Assembly: GCA_046160545.1 (NCBI GenBank)
Contig: JBJXGS010000193.1
Coordinates: 13,487 to 77,486, forward strand
Reading direction: 5' to 3'
DNA length: 64,000 bases
Origin: Burkholderiales bacterium
GTDB lineage: Bacteria > Pseudomonadota > Gammaproteobacteria > Burkholderiales > JAEUOS01
The first letter of the stretch is position 1. Each line of letters starts with the position of its first letter. Below the pieces are notes generated by a model that had not been told where the DNA came from, ran no database searches, and worked only from the letters and a program-made list of their open reading frames with translations. The position numbers were made by a program, and so were the translations under genes. Below, one piece after another: positions 1 through 9,977 of the stretch.

Positions 1-2887
1 AGGCCATCGCCGCGGCGGTCCCGGCATTGAAGCGCCGCCGGCCGAGCTTGCGCAACAGGTTTCGCATGTTTATCGACACGTCGCCGAAATCGATGTCCAC
101 CGGGCACGGCGTGGCGCACTTGTGGCACACCGTGCAGTGGTCGGCCACGTCACCGAATTCGTCGAAATGCTTGACCGAGATGCCGCGCCGCGTCTGCTCC
201 TCGTACAGGAAGGCCTCGATCAGGAGTGAGGTCGCGAGAATCTTGTTGCGCGGGCTGTAGAGCAGGTTGGCACGCGGCACATGGGTCGCGCACACCGGCT
301 TGCACTTGCCGCAGCGCAGGCAGTCCTTGATCGAATCGGCGATCTTGCCGATGTCGGACTGCTCGAGGATCAATGACTCGGCGCCGATCAGGCTGAACGA
401 GGGCGTGTAGGCACGGGTCAGGTCAGCACCGGGCAGAAGCTTGCCTGAGTTAAAGCGGCCCTGTGGATCGACGCGCTGCTTGTAATCACGAAATGCCGTG
501 ATTTCGTGCTCTTCCAGGTACTCGAGCTTGGTGATGCCGATGCCGTGCTCGCCGGAGATGACTCCGTCGAGCGAACGCGCCAGCGCCATGATGCGCGCCA
601 CGGTCACATTGGCCGTATGCAGCATCTCGTAGTTGTCGGAATTGACCGGGATGTTGGTGTGCACGTTGCCGTCGCCGGCGTGCATGTGCAGCGCAACCCA
701 GACGCGCCCGGAGAGCACCTCGCGATGCACGCGCTCGCACTCGCGAAACACCGGCAGGGTCGCCGCGCCGCCAAAGATCTCCATCAACGGCGCGCGCAAT
801 TCCGTCTTCCAGGACACGCGGATGGTGTGGTTCTGCACCATGCGGAAAATGCTCGCCTCCTGCGGCATGGTCAGCGCGTCAGCCGACACGCCCAGTGCGC
901 ACAGCGCAAGACCGTGCTCGGCCACACTCGCGTCGAGCGCAGCCAGGAGCGCGCTCCAGCGCCTGCGCACGCGCGCAAGCAGGTCACGCGCCTCGGTCAG
1001 GCGGTCGTCCAGCAGGTCGTGCGTGGTGAGAGTTTCGTCGTCCGGATTGACCGGCAGCACCGGTCGCGCCAGCAGCGCGGCCAGCGCGTCGACGAGCGCG
1101 ATCTTGTTGGCGATCGAGAGTTCGATGTTGATGCGCTCGATGCCGTCCGAGTAGTCGCCCAGACGCGCCAAGGGAATCACCACGTCCTCGTTGATCTTGA
1201 AGGCGTTGGTGTGGCGCGCGATCGCCGCGGTGCGGGCGCGGTCCAGCCAGAAGGTGCGCCGGGTCTCGGCGGACACTGCGACGAAGCCCTCGGCGCCGCG
1301 CGCGTTGCAGATGCGCACCACTTCACTGGTTGCGCGCGCAACCGCATCATCGTCGTCGCCGGTGATGTCCCCCAGGAGGACCATCTTGGGCAGGCGTCCG
1401 CGTCGCGACTTGGTCGCATAACCCACCGCGCGCAAATAACGTTCGTCCAGATGCTCAAGCCCTGCCAGCACGACCGGATGCGGCCCGTCCGGTACGCCTG
1501 CGGCCTGCGCGCGCCGCGTGACCTCGTCAAGATGATTCTTGACTTCGACGATGGCAGGCACGGAATCCCCCACCAGACCGAAGAACTCCAGACACACCGT
1601 GCGCGTGAATTTCGGCATGCGGTGCAGGATGAAAGTGGCCTCGGTGATGAGACCGTCACAGCCTTCCTTTTGCACCCCGGGCAGGCCGGACAGGAACTTG
1701 TCGGTCACATCCTTGCCGAGACCGGCCTTGCGAAACGCCGTGCCCGGAATCTCCAGCAGCTCGGGGCCTCCGAACGGCGTGAACCCGTCGCGGCGAAAAC
1801 GCTGCACCGAAAAGCGCGCCATGGCGATGTCGTGGATCTTGCCCAGGTTGTGTTCCAGGCGCCGCACCTCAAGCATATGTCCGCTGGGGTCGACCATGCG
1901 CCATGACACCAGGTTGTCCAGCGCGGTACCCCACAATACGGCTTTCTTGCCGCCGGCATTCATGGCGACATTTCCGCCGATGCAGGAGGCATCCGCCGAG
2001 GTCGGGTCGACGGCAAAGACGAGCCCGGCGGCCTCGGCGGCTTCCATGACCCTCTTGGTCACCACGCCGGCACCGCACTTGATCACCGCGCTGTCGCGCT
2101 CTGCGCCAGGCAAGCGCAGGGTCTCGACCGTCCCCAGGCTATCCAGCTTTTCGGTGTTGACGACCGCCGACCACTTGGTAAGCGGAACTGCACCCCCCGT
2201 ATAACCGGTGCCCCCGCCGCGCGGGATGACGGTGAGTCCCAGTTCGAAGAGTTCGCGCACCAGCGCCGCGCACTCGGTCTCGCTCTCCGGGGTCAGCACC
2301 ACGAAGGGGTACTCGACCCGCCAGTCGGTCGCGTCGGTCACGTGCGAGACCCGCGCCATCCCGTCGAAAGCGATGTTGTCGCGCGCGGTAACGCGGGCCA
2401 GACGCTTGATGCAAGCTCGCCGCAGGCGCGCCATCTCATCAAACTCGGCGTCGAAATCGGCAACCGCGCGGCGCGCCGCAGCGATCAGGCGCACCACCTC
2501 GCCGCCTGATTGCGCGACGTCCAGACCTTCACGCGCGTATATCGCGCGCCTCTTTTCCATCTCGTTCAAGCGATGGTGAAGCGCCTCGATCAAGGCAGCC
2601 CGGCGCTTGGGATTGTCGAGCAGGTCATCCTGCAAGTAGGGATTGCGCTGCACCACCCAGATGTCGCCCAGCACCTCGTAGAGCATGCGCGCCGAACGCC
2701 CGGTGCGGCGTTCTGCACGCAGGGTCGAAAGGAGCTCCCAGGTCTCCTCCCCGAGGAGGCGGATGACGATCTCGCGGTCGGAGAAAGAGGTGTAGTTGTA
2801 GGGAATCTCGCGCAGGCGCAACGGCGCGTCTGCGTCGCTGAATTCAGCTGGCAGGGATGAGGCGGGGGGCAGGGAAAGGTCGGTCAT
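1..2887 (-). CDS. DUF3683 / FAD-linked oxidase / 4Fe-4S cluster fusion oxidoreductase (YdiJ-like). The C-terminus runs off the window start.
   Basis: Absent from the ORF track because it is open at position 1. My reverse translation from the ATG at 2887 gives [41 protein letters not shown]. Further on it contains [13 protein letters not shown] (FAD-binding), [13 protein letters not shown], and the ferredoxin-like clusters [11 protein letters not shown] and [12 protein letters not shown]. Confidence 0.85.
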   Translation of the reverse strand, partial: MTDLSLPPASSLPAEFSDADAPLRLREIPYNYTSFSDREIVIRLLGEETWELLSTLRAERRTGRSARMLYEVLGDIWVVQRNPYLQDDLLDNPKRRAALIEALHHRLNEMEKRRAIYAREGLDVAQSGGEVVRLIAAARRAVADFDAEFDEMARLRRACIKRLARVTARDNIAFDGMARVSHVTDATDWRVEYPFVVLTPESETECAALVRELFELGLTVIPRGGGTGYTGGAVPLTKWSAVVNTEKLDSLGTVETLRLPGAERDSAVIKCGAGVVTKRVMEAAEAAGLVFAVDPTSADASCIGGNVAMNAGGKKAVLWGTALDNLVSWRMVDPSGHMLEVRRLEHNLGKIHDIAMARFSVQRFRRDGFTPFGGPELLEIPGTAFRKAGLGKDVTDKFLSGLPGVQKEGCDGLITEATFILHRMPKFTRTVCLEFFGLVGDSVPAIVEVKNHLDEVTRRAQAAGVPDGPHPVVLAGLEHLDERYLRAVGYATKSRRGRLPKMVLLGDITGDDDDAVARATSEVVRICNARGAEGFVAVSAETRRTFWLDRARTAAIARHTNAFKINEDVVIPLARLGDYSDGIERINIELSIANKIALVDALAALLARPVLPVNPDDETLTTHDLLDDRLTEARDLLARVRRRWSALLAALDASVAEHGLALCALGVSADALTMPQEASIFRMVQNHTIRVSWKTELRAPLMEIFGGAATLPVFRECERVHREVLSGRVWVALHMHAGDGNVHTNIPVNSDNYEMLHTANVTVARIMALARSLDGVISGEHGIGITKLEYLEEHEITAFRDYKQRVDPQGRFNSGKLLPGADLTRAYTPSFSLIGAESLILEQSDIGKIADSIKDCLRCGKCKPVCATHVPRANLLYSPRNKILATSLLIEAFLYEEQTRRGISVKHFDEFGDVADHCTVCHKCATPCPVDIDFGDVSINMRNLLRKLGRRRFNAGTAAAMA

Positions 2888-2922
2888 TGCGCTGGCGCTG
2901 CACTTGTGCGGGCGCCGCCTTT

Positions 2923-2940
2923 TCTTGACTTAAGTCAAGA
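2923..2940. promoter_or_regulatory. Perfect 18-bp palindrome TCTTGACTTAAGTCAAGA, a candidate operator
   Basis: Read directly from the sequence. It lies 36 bp upstream of the ATG (2887) of the minus-strand oxidoreductase gene. It is an AT-rich dyad in a GC-rich spacer. Confidence 0.35.
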
Positions 2941-2977
2941 TTTTACTGCGTTGCAACAAATGTGCTGCACGCACGTA

Positions 2978-3382
2978 TCAGGCAGCCATCCACCCGCCGA
3001 TGACGGCCAGATAGCGAAACGCCTTGCCGAATGCCATCAGCACGACCACCGGCAGTATGGCCAGGCGCAGCCAGCCCGCCGCCACGCACAGCGCGTCGCC
3101 GATCACAGGCAGCCAAGACAGCAGCATCGACCATGCGCCATAGCGTCGCGCCAGCGCCTCGTACTTGATCTCCTGCCGGTGCGGGATGAAGCGCCCGATA
3201 CCGTAGGACATCATGCCGCCGATGGTGTTGCCGGCAGTGGCCACGGCGAACATGGGCCAGACCAGGTGCGGGTGCAGCGTGAGGGCGCCGAGCAGCAGCG
3301 CCTCGGAGGCGAACGGGATCAGGGTGGCGGCGACCAGGCTGCCGGCGAAGACCAGCCACAGGCTGGCCTCGTCATTGATCAT
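2978..3382 (-). CDS. YqaA-like DedA/SNARE-associated small inner-membrane protein
   Basis: ORF 2978..3418. MINDEASLWLVFAGSLVAATLIPFASEALLLGAL resembles the YqaA N-terminus, so the ATG at 3382 is preferred over the GTG at 3418. The protein is multi-TM and hydrophobic. Confidence 0.7.
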   Translation of the reverse strand: MINDEASLWLVFAGSLVAATLIPFASEALLLGALTLHPHLVWPMFAVATAGNTIGGMMSYGIGRFIPHRQEIKYEALARRYGAWSMLLSWLPVIGDALCVAAGWLRLAILPVVVLMAFGKAFRYLAVIGGWMAA

Positions 3383-3415
3383 CGCGTTCAAGGTTTCGAC
3401 CACGGGTGGTTTCCC

Positions 3416-3458
3416 CACCCCTTCCGAGGGGGTAGAATAGACCCCTTCGGAAGGGGTG
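3416..3458. repeat. 43-nt near-perfect hairpin/inverted repeat in the yqaA-ilvA divergent spacer
   Basis: The arms 3416-3433 and 3441-3458 pair at 18 positions (17 Watson-Crick plus one G-T). The loop is AGAATAG, and a TAGAAT -10-like hexamer sits at 3433-3438. Confidence 0.6.
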
Positions 3459-3468
3459 AAAAACTACT

Positions 3469-4983
3469 GTGAAAACAATCGATTATCTCCAAAAAATACT
3501 CACCGCCCGCGTCTATGACGTGGCGCGCGAGACGGCGCTGGAAAAAGCCGCCGGACTGTCGGCGCGCTTGAACAACACTTTGCTGCTCAAGCGCGAAGAC
3601 GCGCAGAGCGTCTTCTCGTTCAAGTTGCGCGGCGCCTACAACAAGATGGCACAGTTGCCGAAGGAAGCGCTCGCGCGCGGGGTCATCTGTGCCTCAGCCG
3701 GCAATCACGCGCAGGGCGTGGCGCTTTCGGCCAAGCGCCTGGGCGCGCGCGCGGTCATCGTCATGCCGGTGACCACGCCGACGGTCAAGGTGCAGGCCGT
3801 GCGCGCACGCGGTGGCGAAGTCGTGCTCCATGGCGACAGCTTTGACGAGGCCTACGCCCACGCGCGTGAACTTGAAGCCGCACAGTCGCTGGTCTTCGTC
3901 CACCCGTTCGACGACCCTGACGTCATCGCCGGGCAGGGCACGATCGGCATGGAGATCCTGCGCCAGCATCAGGGGCCAATTGCGGCGATCTTCGTCGCCA
4001 TCGGTGGCGGCGGTCTGATCGCCGGCATCGCCTCGTACGTGAAACGGGTGCGCCCGGAAATCCGCATCATCGGTGTCGAACCCACCGATTCCGACGCCAT
4101 GGCGCGCTCGATCGCCGCCGGCCGGCGCGTCAAGCTCGACCAGGTGGGCCTGTTCGCCGACGGCGTTGCCGTCAAACAGGTGGGCGAGGAGACCTTTCGC
4201 ATCGCCCGCAATCTCGTCGACGACATCGTGCTGGTCGATACCGACCTCATGTGCGCTGCGATCAAGGACGTCTTCGAAGACACGCGCACCATCCTGGAGC
4301 CTGCGGGCGCACTTGCGATCGCCGGCGCCAAGGCATGGGTCGAGCGCGAGAAGGTCAAGGGCCTGACCCTGGTGGCGGTGGCCTGCGGCGCCAACATGAA
4401 CTTCGACAGGCTGCGCTTTGTCGCCGAGCGCGCCGAGGTCGGCGAGCGCCGCGAGGCCATCCTCGCAGTGACCATCCCCGAAGCGCGCGGTTCGCTGCGC
4501 AGGTTTTGCGAACTGATCGGCAATCGCGCGGTTACCGAGTTCAATTACCGCATCGCTGACGCCAGGCAGGCGCACATCTTCGTGGGCATCGGCGTGCACG
4601 ACCGCGCCGACATCGCGCGCCTGACCCGCACGCTGGTCAAGCACGGATTCGACACGCTGGACCTGACCGACGACGAGCTCGCCAAGTCACACTTGAGGCA
4701 TCTGGTGGGTGGGCACTCGCCGCTGGCCCGCGACGAACTCCTGTACCGCTTCGAGTTTCCCGAGAGACCGGGAGCCCTCATGAAGTTCCTGCTCAACATG
4801 CACCCGGGCTGGAACATCAGCCTGTTCCACTATCGCAACCACGGCGCCGACGTCGGTCGCGTATTGATCGGCATGCAGGTTCCCGCAGACGAGAAACCGG
4901 CCTTAAAGCGTGTCCTGGAGACACTCGGCTATCGCTACTGGGACGAGACCGCCAACCCGGCGTATCGCCTGTTTCTCGCTTGA
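3469..4983 (+). CDS. ilvA: Biosynthetic threonine dehydratase (threonine ammonia-lyase)
   Basis: 504 aa with a GTG start. It has the PLP motif SFKLRGAYNK and a C-terminal ACT-like regulatory region, with full-length similarity to IlvA. Confidence 0.95.
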   Translation: MKTIDYLQKILTARVYDVARETALEKAAGLSARLNNTLLLKREDAQSVFSFKLRGAYNKMAQLPKEALARGVICASAGNHAQGVALSAKRLGARAVIVMPVTTPTVKVQAVRARGGEVVLHGDSFDEAYAHARELEAAQSLVFVHPFDDPDVIAGQGTIGMEILRQHQGPIAAIFVAIGGGGLIAGIASYVKRVRPEIRIIGVEPTDSDAMARSIAAGRRVKLDQVGLFADGVAVKQVGEETFRIARNLVDDIVLVDTDLMCAAIKDVFEDTRTILEPAGALAIAGAKAWVEREKVKGLTLVAVACGANMNFDRLRFVAERAEVGERREAILAVTIPEARGSLRRFCELIGNRAVTEFNYRIADARQAHIFVGIGVHDRADIARLTRTLVKHGFDTLDLTDDELAKSHLRHLVGGHSPLARDELLYRFEFPERPGALMKFLLNMHPGWNISLFHYRNHGADVGRVLIGMQVPADEKPALKRVLETLGYRYWDETANPAYRLFLA

Positions 4984-4988
4984 CGGGC

Positions 4989-5006
4989 AAGCCGCCCGGG
5001 CTTTTC
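4989..5006 (+). terminator. Weak intrinsic terminator candidate after ilvA
   Basis: AAGCC-GCCCG-GGCTT stem-loop followed by TTTC. The stem is only 5 bp. Confidence 0.3.
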
Positions 5007-5091
5007 GGCGTACACGTGAAGCAGTTCACGCTCGATTGGCAATGCGCGATGCTAACTTCGTTAACTATTGTTTCGGCAACTGGTGGTGGCG

Positions 5092-5868
5092 ATGCAAAAG
5101 GCAATCAAGGCGTGGCTGGCAAGCGGATTCCTGCTGGCTTCGTTCAGTGCACAGGCACAGGCGATCTCGATCATCAATCCCAGTTTCGAGGACAACCTCG
5201 CGCCCAACGGCGGGTTTCCGGTCTTGAATCCGAACGGATGGAGCCGCTACGATCCGGCCGGCATCATTAACCAGGGCGCCAACGCGGTCGGCGTGCTCAA
5301 CCCGACCGGTACGACTTTCTACGTCGACCCGACCCCGCACGGCAACAATGTCGCGCTGGTTTATCTCGAGCAGCGCCGCGGCACCAACTTGACCGGTGAT
5401 TCGGCAGGCTTTTTCCAGACCCTCACAGGCAACAGCCTCACACTCAACACCCGCTATACCCTGAACGTGGCGGTCGGCAACATTGCCTCCGGTATCGGCC
5501 TGGGAGCCTTTGCCCCGTTCGGCTTCGCCAACTTGTCCGGTTTCCCGGGCTACCGGGTCGAGCTTCTGGCCGGCGGGGAGGTCGTGGCTTCCGACAACAA
5601 CTCGCTTGTCATCGGCGATGGACGCTTTGCAACATCGAGTGTAGTACTGGATGTACGCCAGAGCCACGACCTGGCGGGACAGACACTCGGCATTCGCTTG
5701 ATCAATCTCAATCTTGCCACCGGCAACCCGTTCGAGCGAGCGCGTGAAGTCAATTTCGACAACGCCTCGCTGGTAGCTGCGCCGATCCCGGAGTTGCCTC
5801 CCAGCGCGCTGTATCTGGCTGGCCTGGCGCTGATCGGGTCGATCGCCTTGCGACGCGGCAGGGGCTAG
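5092..5868 (+). CDS. Secreted PEP-CTERM sorting-domain protein
   Basis: It has a signal peptide (MQKAIKAWLASGFLLASFSAQAQA). The C-terminus PIPELPPSALYLAGLALIGSIALRRGRG has the PEP-like motif, TM helix and basic tail. The ATG at 5092 is preferred to the track start at 5068. Confidence 0.8.
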   Translation: MQKAIKAWLASGFLLASFSAQAQAISIINPSFEDNLAPNGGFPVLNPNGWSRYDPAGIINQGANAVGVLNPTGTTFYVDPTPHGNNVALVYLEQRRGTNLTGDSAGFFQTLTGNSLTLNTRYTLNVAVGNIASGIGLGAFAPFGFANLSGFPGYRVELLAGGEVVASDNNSLVIGDGRFATSSVVLDVRQSHDLAGQTLGIRLINLNLATGNPFERAREVNFDNASLVAAPIPELPPSALYLAGLALIGSIALRRGRG

Positions 5869-5878
5869 TTCGCGTCGC

Positions 5879-7714
5879 CTACGGTTGCGCCGCTGCTGGC
5901 TTTCCGCCGCCGCCAGTAGCCTGAAATGCCGCTCGTGCAGTACCACGCAGGGCTTGCAGCCGTTCGCGACCGAGCCCAAGCAGAACGTCGCGCTCCTCCC
6001 GGGGATCCGAGAACAGCTCAAATGCCTGTTCGCGCGTGGAGGCGCGGTCGTAGCGCATCTTGATTGCGGTCTCGCCGTCAAAATGGACGACGGCTACCTG
6101 TTGCGGCAGGTTCTGGGAAACATGTTCACTCAGACTCCCGGCAAGCGAGTGTTGCAATGGCCGTCCGTGCCAGGTGACCGGCGCAGGCAGGCCCAGGGCT
6201 GCCAGGACGGTCGGCGCCACATCGACCTGGCGCGCAAAGCGGGTAGCTCCCACGGTGGGTCGAGTCTCATGTATCCACAGCGGCACGTGCAACTCGGCCT
6301 GGTCAAGCGACACCATGTGGCCGATCACCCCCGCGCGCTCGCCCAGCGACTCGCCATGATCGGAGGTGATGATCACGATCGCGTCCTCCAGGTAGCCGCC
6401 AAGCTTGAGCGAGTCCCACAGCATCGCGAGGGTCGCGTCCGCCTGCAGGACGCCGTTGTGATAGTTGTTGCGATAGCGTTCCGTGAACGACGCATCCTCG
6501 CCGCCGCGATAGTCCGGCCGAAAGCGCCGGTAGGACTCAGCCCGGCGCCCAAGCGCGTGGGTGGATACCATCCCGATCATGAGGAATACCGGCCTGCCCT
6601 GCCAGGGGCCGAGGCGTCGCAATCCTTCCGGCAGGACGGCATCGTCCAGTGCAAGTCGACTGCCCAGGTCCTTGCCATCGACGTAGAAGTCGGCCGGCTC
6701 GTAATACCGGCGCGTCTCCATGAAGTCCTGGTGATTGCTCGCCAGCACGTAGGCCGTCGAGTAGCCGATGTTCTTGAGGGTCTTGGGCAGGGAACAGAAT
6801 TCCGGGTGCTGGAGCCGCGCCGGCCGCGACTGCAGCAGCGCCGCGAGCCCGCAGACCGTGCTTGTGCAAGCGGCCATGGCCAGGTCGGCCTGGACAAACC
6901 TTCCCTCGCGCACCATGCGTGTCATGAAGGGCATGTTCTCCCGCGCGCCGGCTCCGCCGTAGGGCTGCGTCACGTCGGCACGCAAGGCATCGACATAGAC
7001 CAGAATCACATTCGGGCGTCGCCGCGGCGTACTCGGCACCGCGCACGCCGCGCGGTCGAGTTGCCGTTCCTGAGGTTGCGGGCCGCGCGCGGCCGCTGTG
7101 CCGCGCACTGACACGTTGTGCCAACTGGAGGCGAAGGGCTCGCGGCCATCAACTTGCCAAGCCAGCGGAATCACCATGGAAACGCCCGGATATACCGCGC
7201 CTGCACAGGCAAGCAGGCTCGCCAGCGGTACACCTGACCGCGAGCGCGGGCGCCGGGCGACGTACGCGCCGACCTGCGCCAGGCACCAGCCGGCCACCGC
7301 TCCGATGAAAAGCAGCAGGAGGGCCAGCCCCAAGGAGACCGAAGCCAGCATCGCTCGCGTCATCGGCAATGTATCGATGAGCACCGGCAGATCGGCCAAG
7401 TGGGCTGAGACCAGGTTACGTGTCGGGAACTCGCCCAGAAACACCAGGCAGAAAAATAGTGCGATGTAGGCGATGAGCAGTCCCGTCGCTGCGATGAAGC
7501 CGAGCGCGAAAAGGACTGCCGTGCGTGCGCGCCGGCGCTCTGATCCCATACCGGCAAGTGCCGCAAATCCGCCCAGCGCGATCATCCCGGCCGCAAGCAG
7601 CGCTAAATGCGGTCCGATCGAGGACGCGGCGGCCTCGGAGAGCGAGTCGACGTGGCGCCCGACCGCAATCCCGGCCAGCAGCACCCCGAGTGCAACAAGC
7701 AGCGGGAAACCCAT
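5879..7714 (-). CDS. Membrane-anchored sulfatase/alkaline-phosphatase-superfamily protein (LTA-synthase/phosphoethanolamine-transferase-like architecture)
   Basis: 611 aa. The N-terminus has multiple TM helices. The C-terminal domain carries ILVYVDALRAD and SDHGESLGE metal-site motifs. Confidence 0.8.
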   Translation of the reverse strand: MGFPLLVALGVLLAGIAVGRHVDSLSEAAASSIGPHLALLAAGMIALGGFAALAGMGSERRRARTAVLFALGFIAATGLLIAYIALFFCLVFLGEFPTRNLVSAHLADLPVLIDTLPMTRAMLASVSLGLALLLLFIGAVAGWCLAQVGAYVARRPRSRSGVPLASLLACAGAVYPGVSMVIPLAWQVDGREPFASSWHNVSVRGTAAARGPQPQERQLDRAACAVPSTPRRRPNVILVYVDALRADVTQPYGGAGARENMPFMTRMVREGRFVQADLAMAACTSTVCGLAALLQSRPARLQHPEFCSLPKTLKNIGYSTAYVLASNHQDFMETRRYYEPADFYVDGKDLGSRLALDDAVLPEGLRRLGPWQGRPVFLMIGMVSTHALGRRAESYRRFRPDYRGGEDASFTERYRNNYHNGVLQADATLAMLWDSLKLGGYLEDAIVIITSDHGESLGERAGVIGHMVSLDQAELHVPLWIHETRPTVGATRFARQVDVAPTVLAALGLPAPVTWHGRPLQHSLAGSLSEHVSQNLPQQVAVVHFDGETAIKMRYDRASTREQAFELFSDPREERDVLLGLGRERLQALRGTARAAFQATGGGGKPAAAQP

Positions 7715-7737
7715 CGGTCGCCAGTTCAGCCGCGCGC

Positions 7738-8241
7738 CTACGCGCTTTTACGGATCGGAATCACCTTGCGCGGCGATGCCACGGCGGATGCAACCCTGAA
7801 ACTAGGGCAACCGTAGAGTGCGATTTCGTCGCCTGTTACAGGGTAGCTTGCGCAACTCAGGGTCCTGAAGAAGGCGCTGCCGTGGATCGCGCAGGACGAA
7901 TTTCCGGCTGCGTCGAAACGCAGGAACACACAGGCGCGGTCTATGCAACAGGCGCCGCAGTGAACACACTCGCCTTCGATTTTCTGTGCCTGGCGGGAGC
8001 GACCCAGGGCACGCTCGATGCGGCGCGCAACCACACGCTTCGCACGCATCGCCACGAGCATGCGCGCGCAGCGGCACAACGTGTCGCCAAAACGTCGCAG
8101 GTATCCGGCGTCGAGCGCGAGCAGCGCGCTGACCACAGGCGAGATCGGCAACAGCACCGCCATTGTCGCAAGTACCGCGTCCTCGGCGATGCGCGCGAAC
8201 CAGTCGGGCCGGGATTGCCTCCCAAATGCGACGCTACTCAT
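7738..8241 (-). CDS. YkgJ-like cysteine-cluster (CxxCxxCC) protein
   Basis: Contains the Cys pattern [18 protein letters not shown]...SCAIHG...SCASYP...GCPSF. The ATG at 8241 overlaps the ttcA stop by 8 nt, and the track start at 8304 would run antisense-free but inside ttcA. Confidence 0.55.
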   Translation of the reverse strand: MSSVAFGRQSRPDWFARIAEDAVLATMAVLLPISPVVSALLALDAGYLRRFGDTLCRCARMLVAMRAKRVVARRIERALGRSRQAQKIEGECVHCGACCIDRACVFLRFDAAGNSSCAIHGSAFFRTLSCASYPVTGDEIALYGCPSFRVASAVASPRKVIPIRKSA

Positions 8242-9145
8242 TCGGCATTTCGAACGGGAAAACATGGGTGCCGGACTCCGGCGTCGCACAGGGCTCTTCG
8301 TCAAACGCCAGGTCGCCTGGCACCAGCGCGGAAAGCGCCTCGAAATCGAAACGCTCGCGATCCATCAGGTGCGAAGGGACGACCCTGGACATCGCGCCGG
8401 CGATCGACTCGATGCGCCCGGGATGACGCTTGCTCCATTCCGTCAGGAGCGCCTTGACCTCGCGGCGCTTGAGAGTTTCCTGCGAACCGCACAGGTCGCA
8501 GGGGATGATGGGAAAGGCCTTTTCCAGGGCATAGCGGGCGAGGTCGGCTTCGCACGCATAGGCGAGCGGGCGGATCACCACATGCGCGCCATCGTCGGAC
8601 TTGAGCTTGGGCGGCATGCCCTTCAAAGTACCGTTGTAGAACATGTTGAGAAACAAGGTTTCGAGCATGTCGTCACGGTGGTGTCCCAGTGCGATGCGCG
8701 TCGCCCCGATCTCGGTGGCGACTCGATAGAGGATGCCGCGGCGCAGCCGCGAACACAGCGAGCAGGTGGTCCTGCCCTCCGGAATGACGCGCTTGACGAT
8801 CGAATAGGTGTCCTCTTCCTCGATGCGGAAAGGCACGCCGCGACGCGCGAGGTAGTCGGGCAGCACATGTGCCGGAAAGCCCGGCTGTTTCTGGTCCAGG
8901 TTGACCGCGGTGATGCGAAACGATACCGGCGCGCGCGCCCTGAGCAGGAGAAGGATTTCCAGGAGCGCGTAACTATCCTTGCCGCCGGACACGCAGACCA
9001 TGAGGTGGTCGCCCTCGCCGATCATGTTGAAGTCGGCTATTGCCCGGCCGACCTGCGCTGTCAGGCGCTTCTCGAGCTTGGCGTTCTCGAAGCGTTCCTT
9101 GCGCTGGCGCGGACTGAATGCGATGGGTCGGGCGACGGCGTGCAT
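8234..9145 (-). CDS. ttcA: tRNA 2-thiocytidine(32) synthetase
   Basis: Contains the PP-loop [10 protein letters not shown] and [10 protein letters not shown]. The ATG at 9145 ([10 protein letters not shown]...) avoids overlap with the upstream SDR gene, which ends at 9156. Confidence 0.9.
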   Translation of the reverse strand: MHAVARPIAFSPRQRKERFENAKLEKRLTAQVGRAIADFNMIGEGDHLMVCVSGGKDSYALLEILLLLRARAPVSFRITAVNLDQKQPGFPAHVLPDYLARRGVPFRIEEEDTYSIVKRVIPEGRTTCSLCSRLRRGILYRVATEIGATRIALGHHRDDMLETLFLNMFYNGTLKGMPPKLKSDDGAHVVIRPLAYACEADLARYALEKAFPIIPCDLCGSQETLKRREVKALLTEWSKRHPGRIESIAGAMSRVVPSHLMDRERFDFEALSALVPGDLAFDEEPCATPESGTHVFPFEMPNE

Positions 9146-9155
9146 GGATATGAGC

Positions 9156-9908
9156 CTAGAGGTAGAGGGACCGGCCACCGTCGACATTGACGATCTGGCC
9201 GGTCACGAAACTCGCGCCGGCGATGAGGAAATGGACGGTCTCGGCGATGGCTTCCGCTCCGCCTTCGCGTGCCAGCGGCGTGGACGCAAGAATGCGTGCC
9301 TGTTCCTGCGGCGCGATGCTGCTGCCAGGTGCATCAGGCCATGCGATCGGGCCGGGAGCGACGCCGTTGACCCGCACCTCGGGGGCCAGGTCGAGCGCGA
9401 GCGCACGCGTGAGCCCGGCCAGCCCGGCCTTGGCGGCGCAGTAGGCAACGTGGTCCCGCAGGGGCCGTTCGGTGTGGATGTCAATCAGATTCACGATTGC
9501 GCCGCGCCGGCGCCTGAGTTCGGAAGCGGCAGCGCGGCAGAGGAAAAGCGGTGCCTTGAGGTTGCTCGAAGCCAGGTCGTCCCACTGAATTTCGGTAAGG
9601 GTCTCAAGCGGTGTCGGATAAAAGCTCGACGCGTTGTTGACGAGAGCGTCGAGCCGGCCGAAATTTGCGATCGCCGCGTCGATGAGGCCGGGCAGCGCAG
9701 CGGTGTCGGAAAGATCCTGTCGCACTACCGCCGCCGATCCGTCACGCGCCGCGTTGAGCAAGGTGGCCAGCGAACGGGCCTCTGCCAGGTGTTCGCGGCA
9801 ATGGACAACGATGCTGGCGCCGTCTGCATGCAGACGGCGCGCGATCGCCGCTCCGACGCGTCGCGCGGCGCCGGTCACGAGAATGCATTTGCCGGCGAGC
9901 GCGGACAT
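9156..9908 (-). CDS. Short-chain dehydrogenase, pteridine/dihydromonapterin reductase-like (FolM/PTR1 type)
   Basis: 250 aa with TGAARRVG Rossmann motif, NNAS, and the YCAAK catalytic motif. Confidence 0.75.
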   Translation of the reverse strand: MSALAGKCILVTGAARRVGAAIARRLHADGASIVVHCREHLAEARSLATLLNAARDGSAAVVRQDLSDTAALPGLIDAAIANFGRLDALVNNASSFYPTPLETLTEIQWDDLASSNLKAPLFLCRAAASELRRRRGAIVNLIDIHTERPLRDHVAYCAAKAGLAGLTRALALDLAPEVRVNGVAPGPIAWPDAPGSSIAPQEQARILASTPLAREGGAEAIAETVHFLIAGASFVTGQIVNVDGGRSLYL

Positions 9909-9977
9909 GTACGCAGAAGATTGGCGACAACGAAAGGCTGCCGATTTTACGTTAGTCTACCGAGCGCCCCCTGCACG

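Noticed and set aside
506-1906. 466-aa plus-strand ORF, together with overlapping ORFs 633..1154 and 1539..2204
   Set aside because: It is antisense to the well-supported DUF3683/FAD/Fe-S oxidoreductase gene. Its composition is Arg/Ala/His/Gly-rich with no recognisable motifs, as is typical of high-GC shadow ORFs.
8979-9977. N-terminal 333 codons of the 717-aa track ORF 8979..11132
   Set aside because: This part is antisense to ttcA and the SDR gene and has junk composition. The MidA-family similarity starts at the ATG at 9978, which has its own intergenic spacer.
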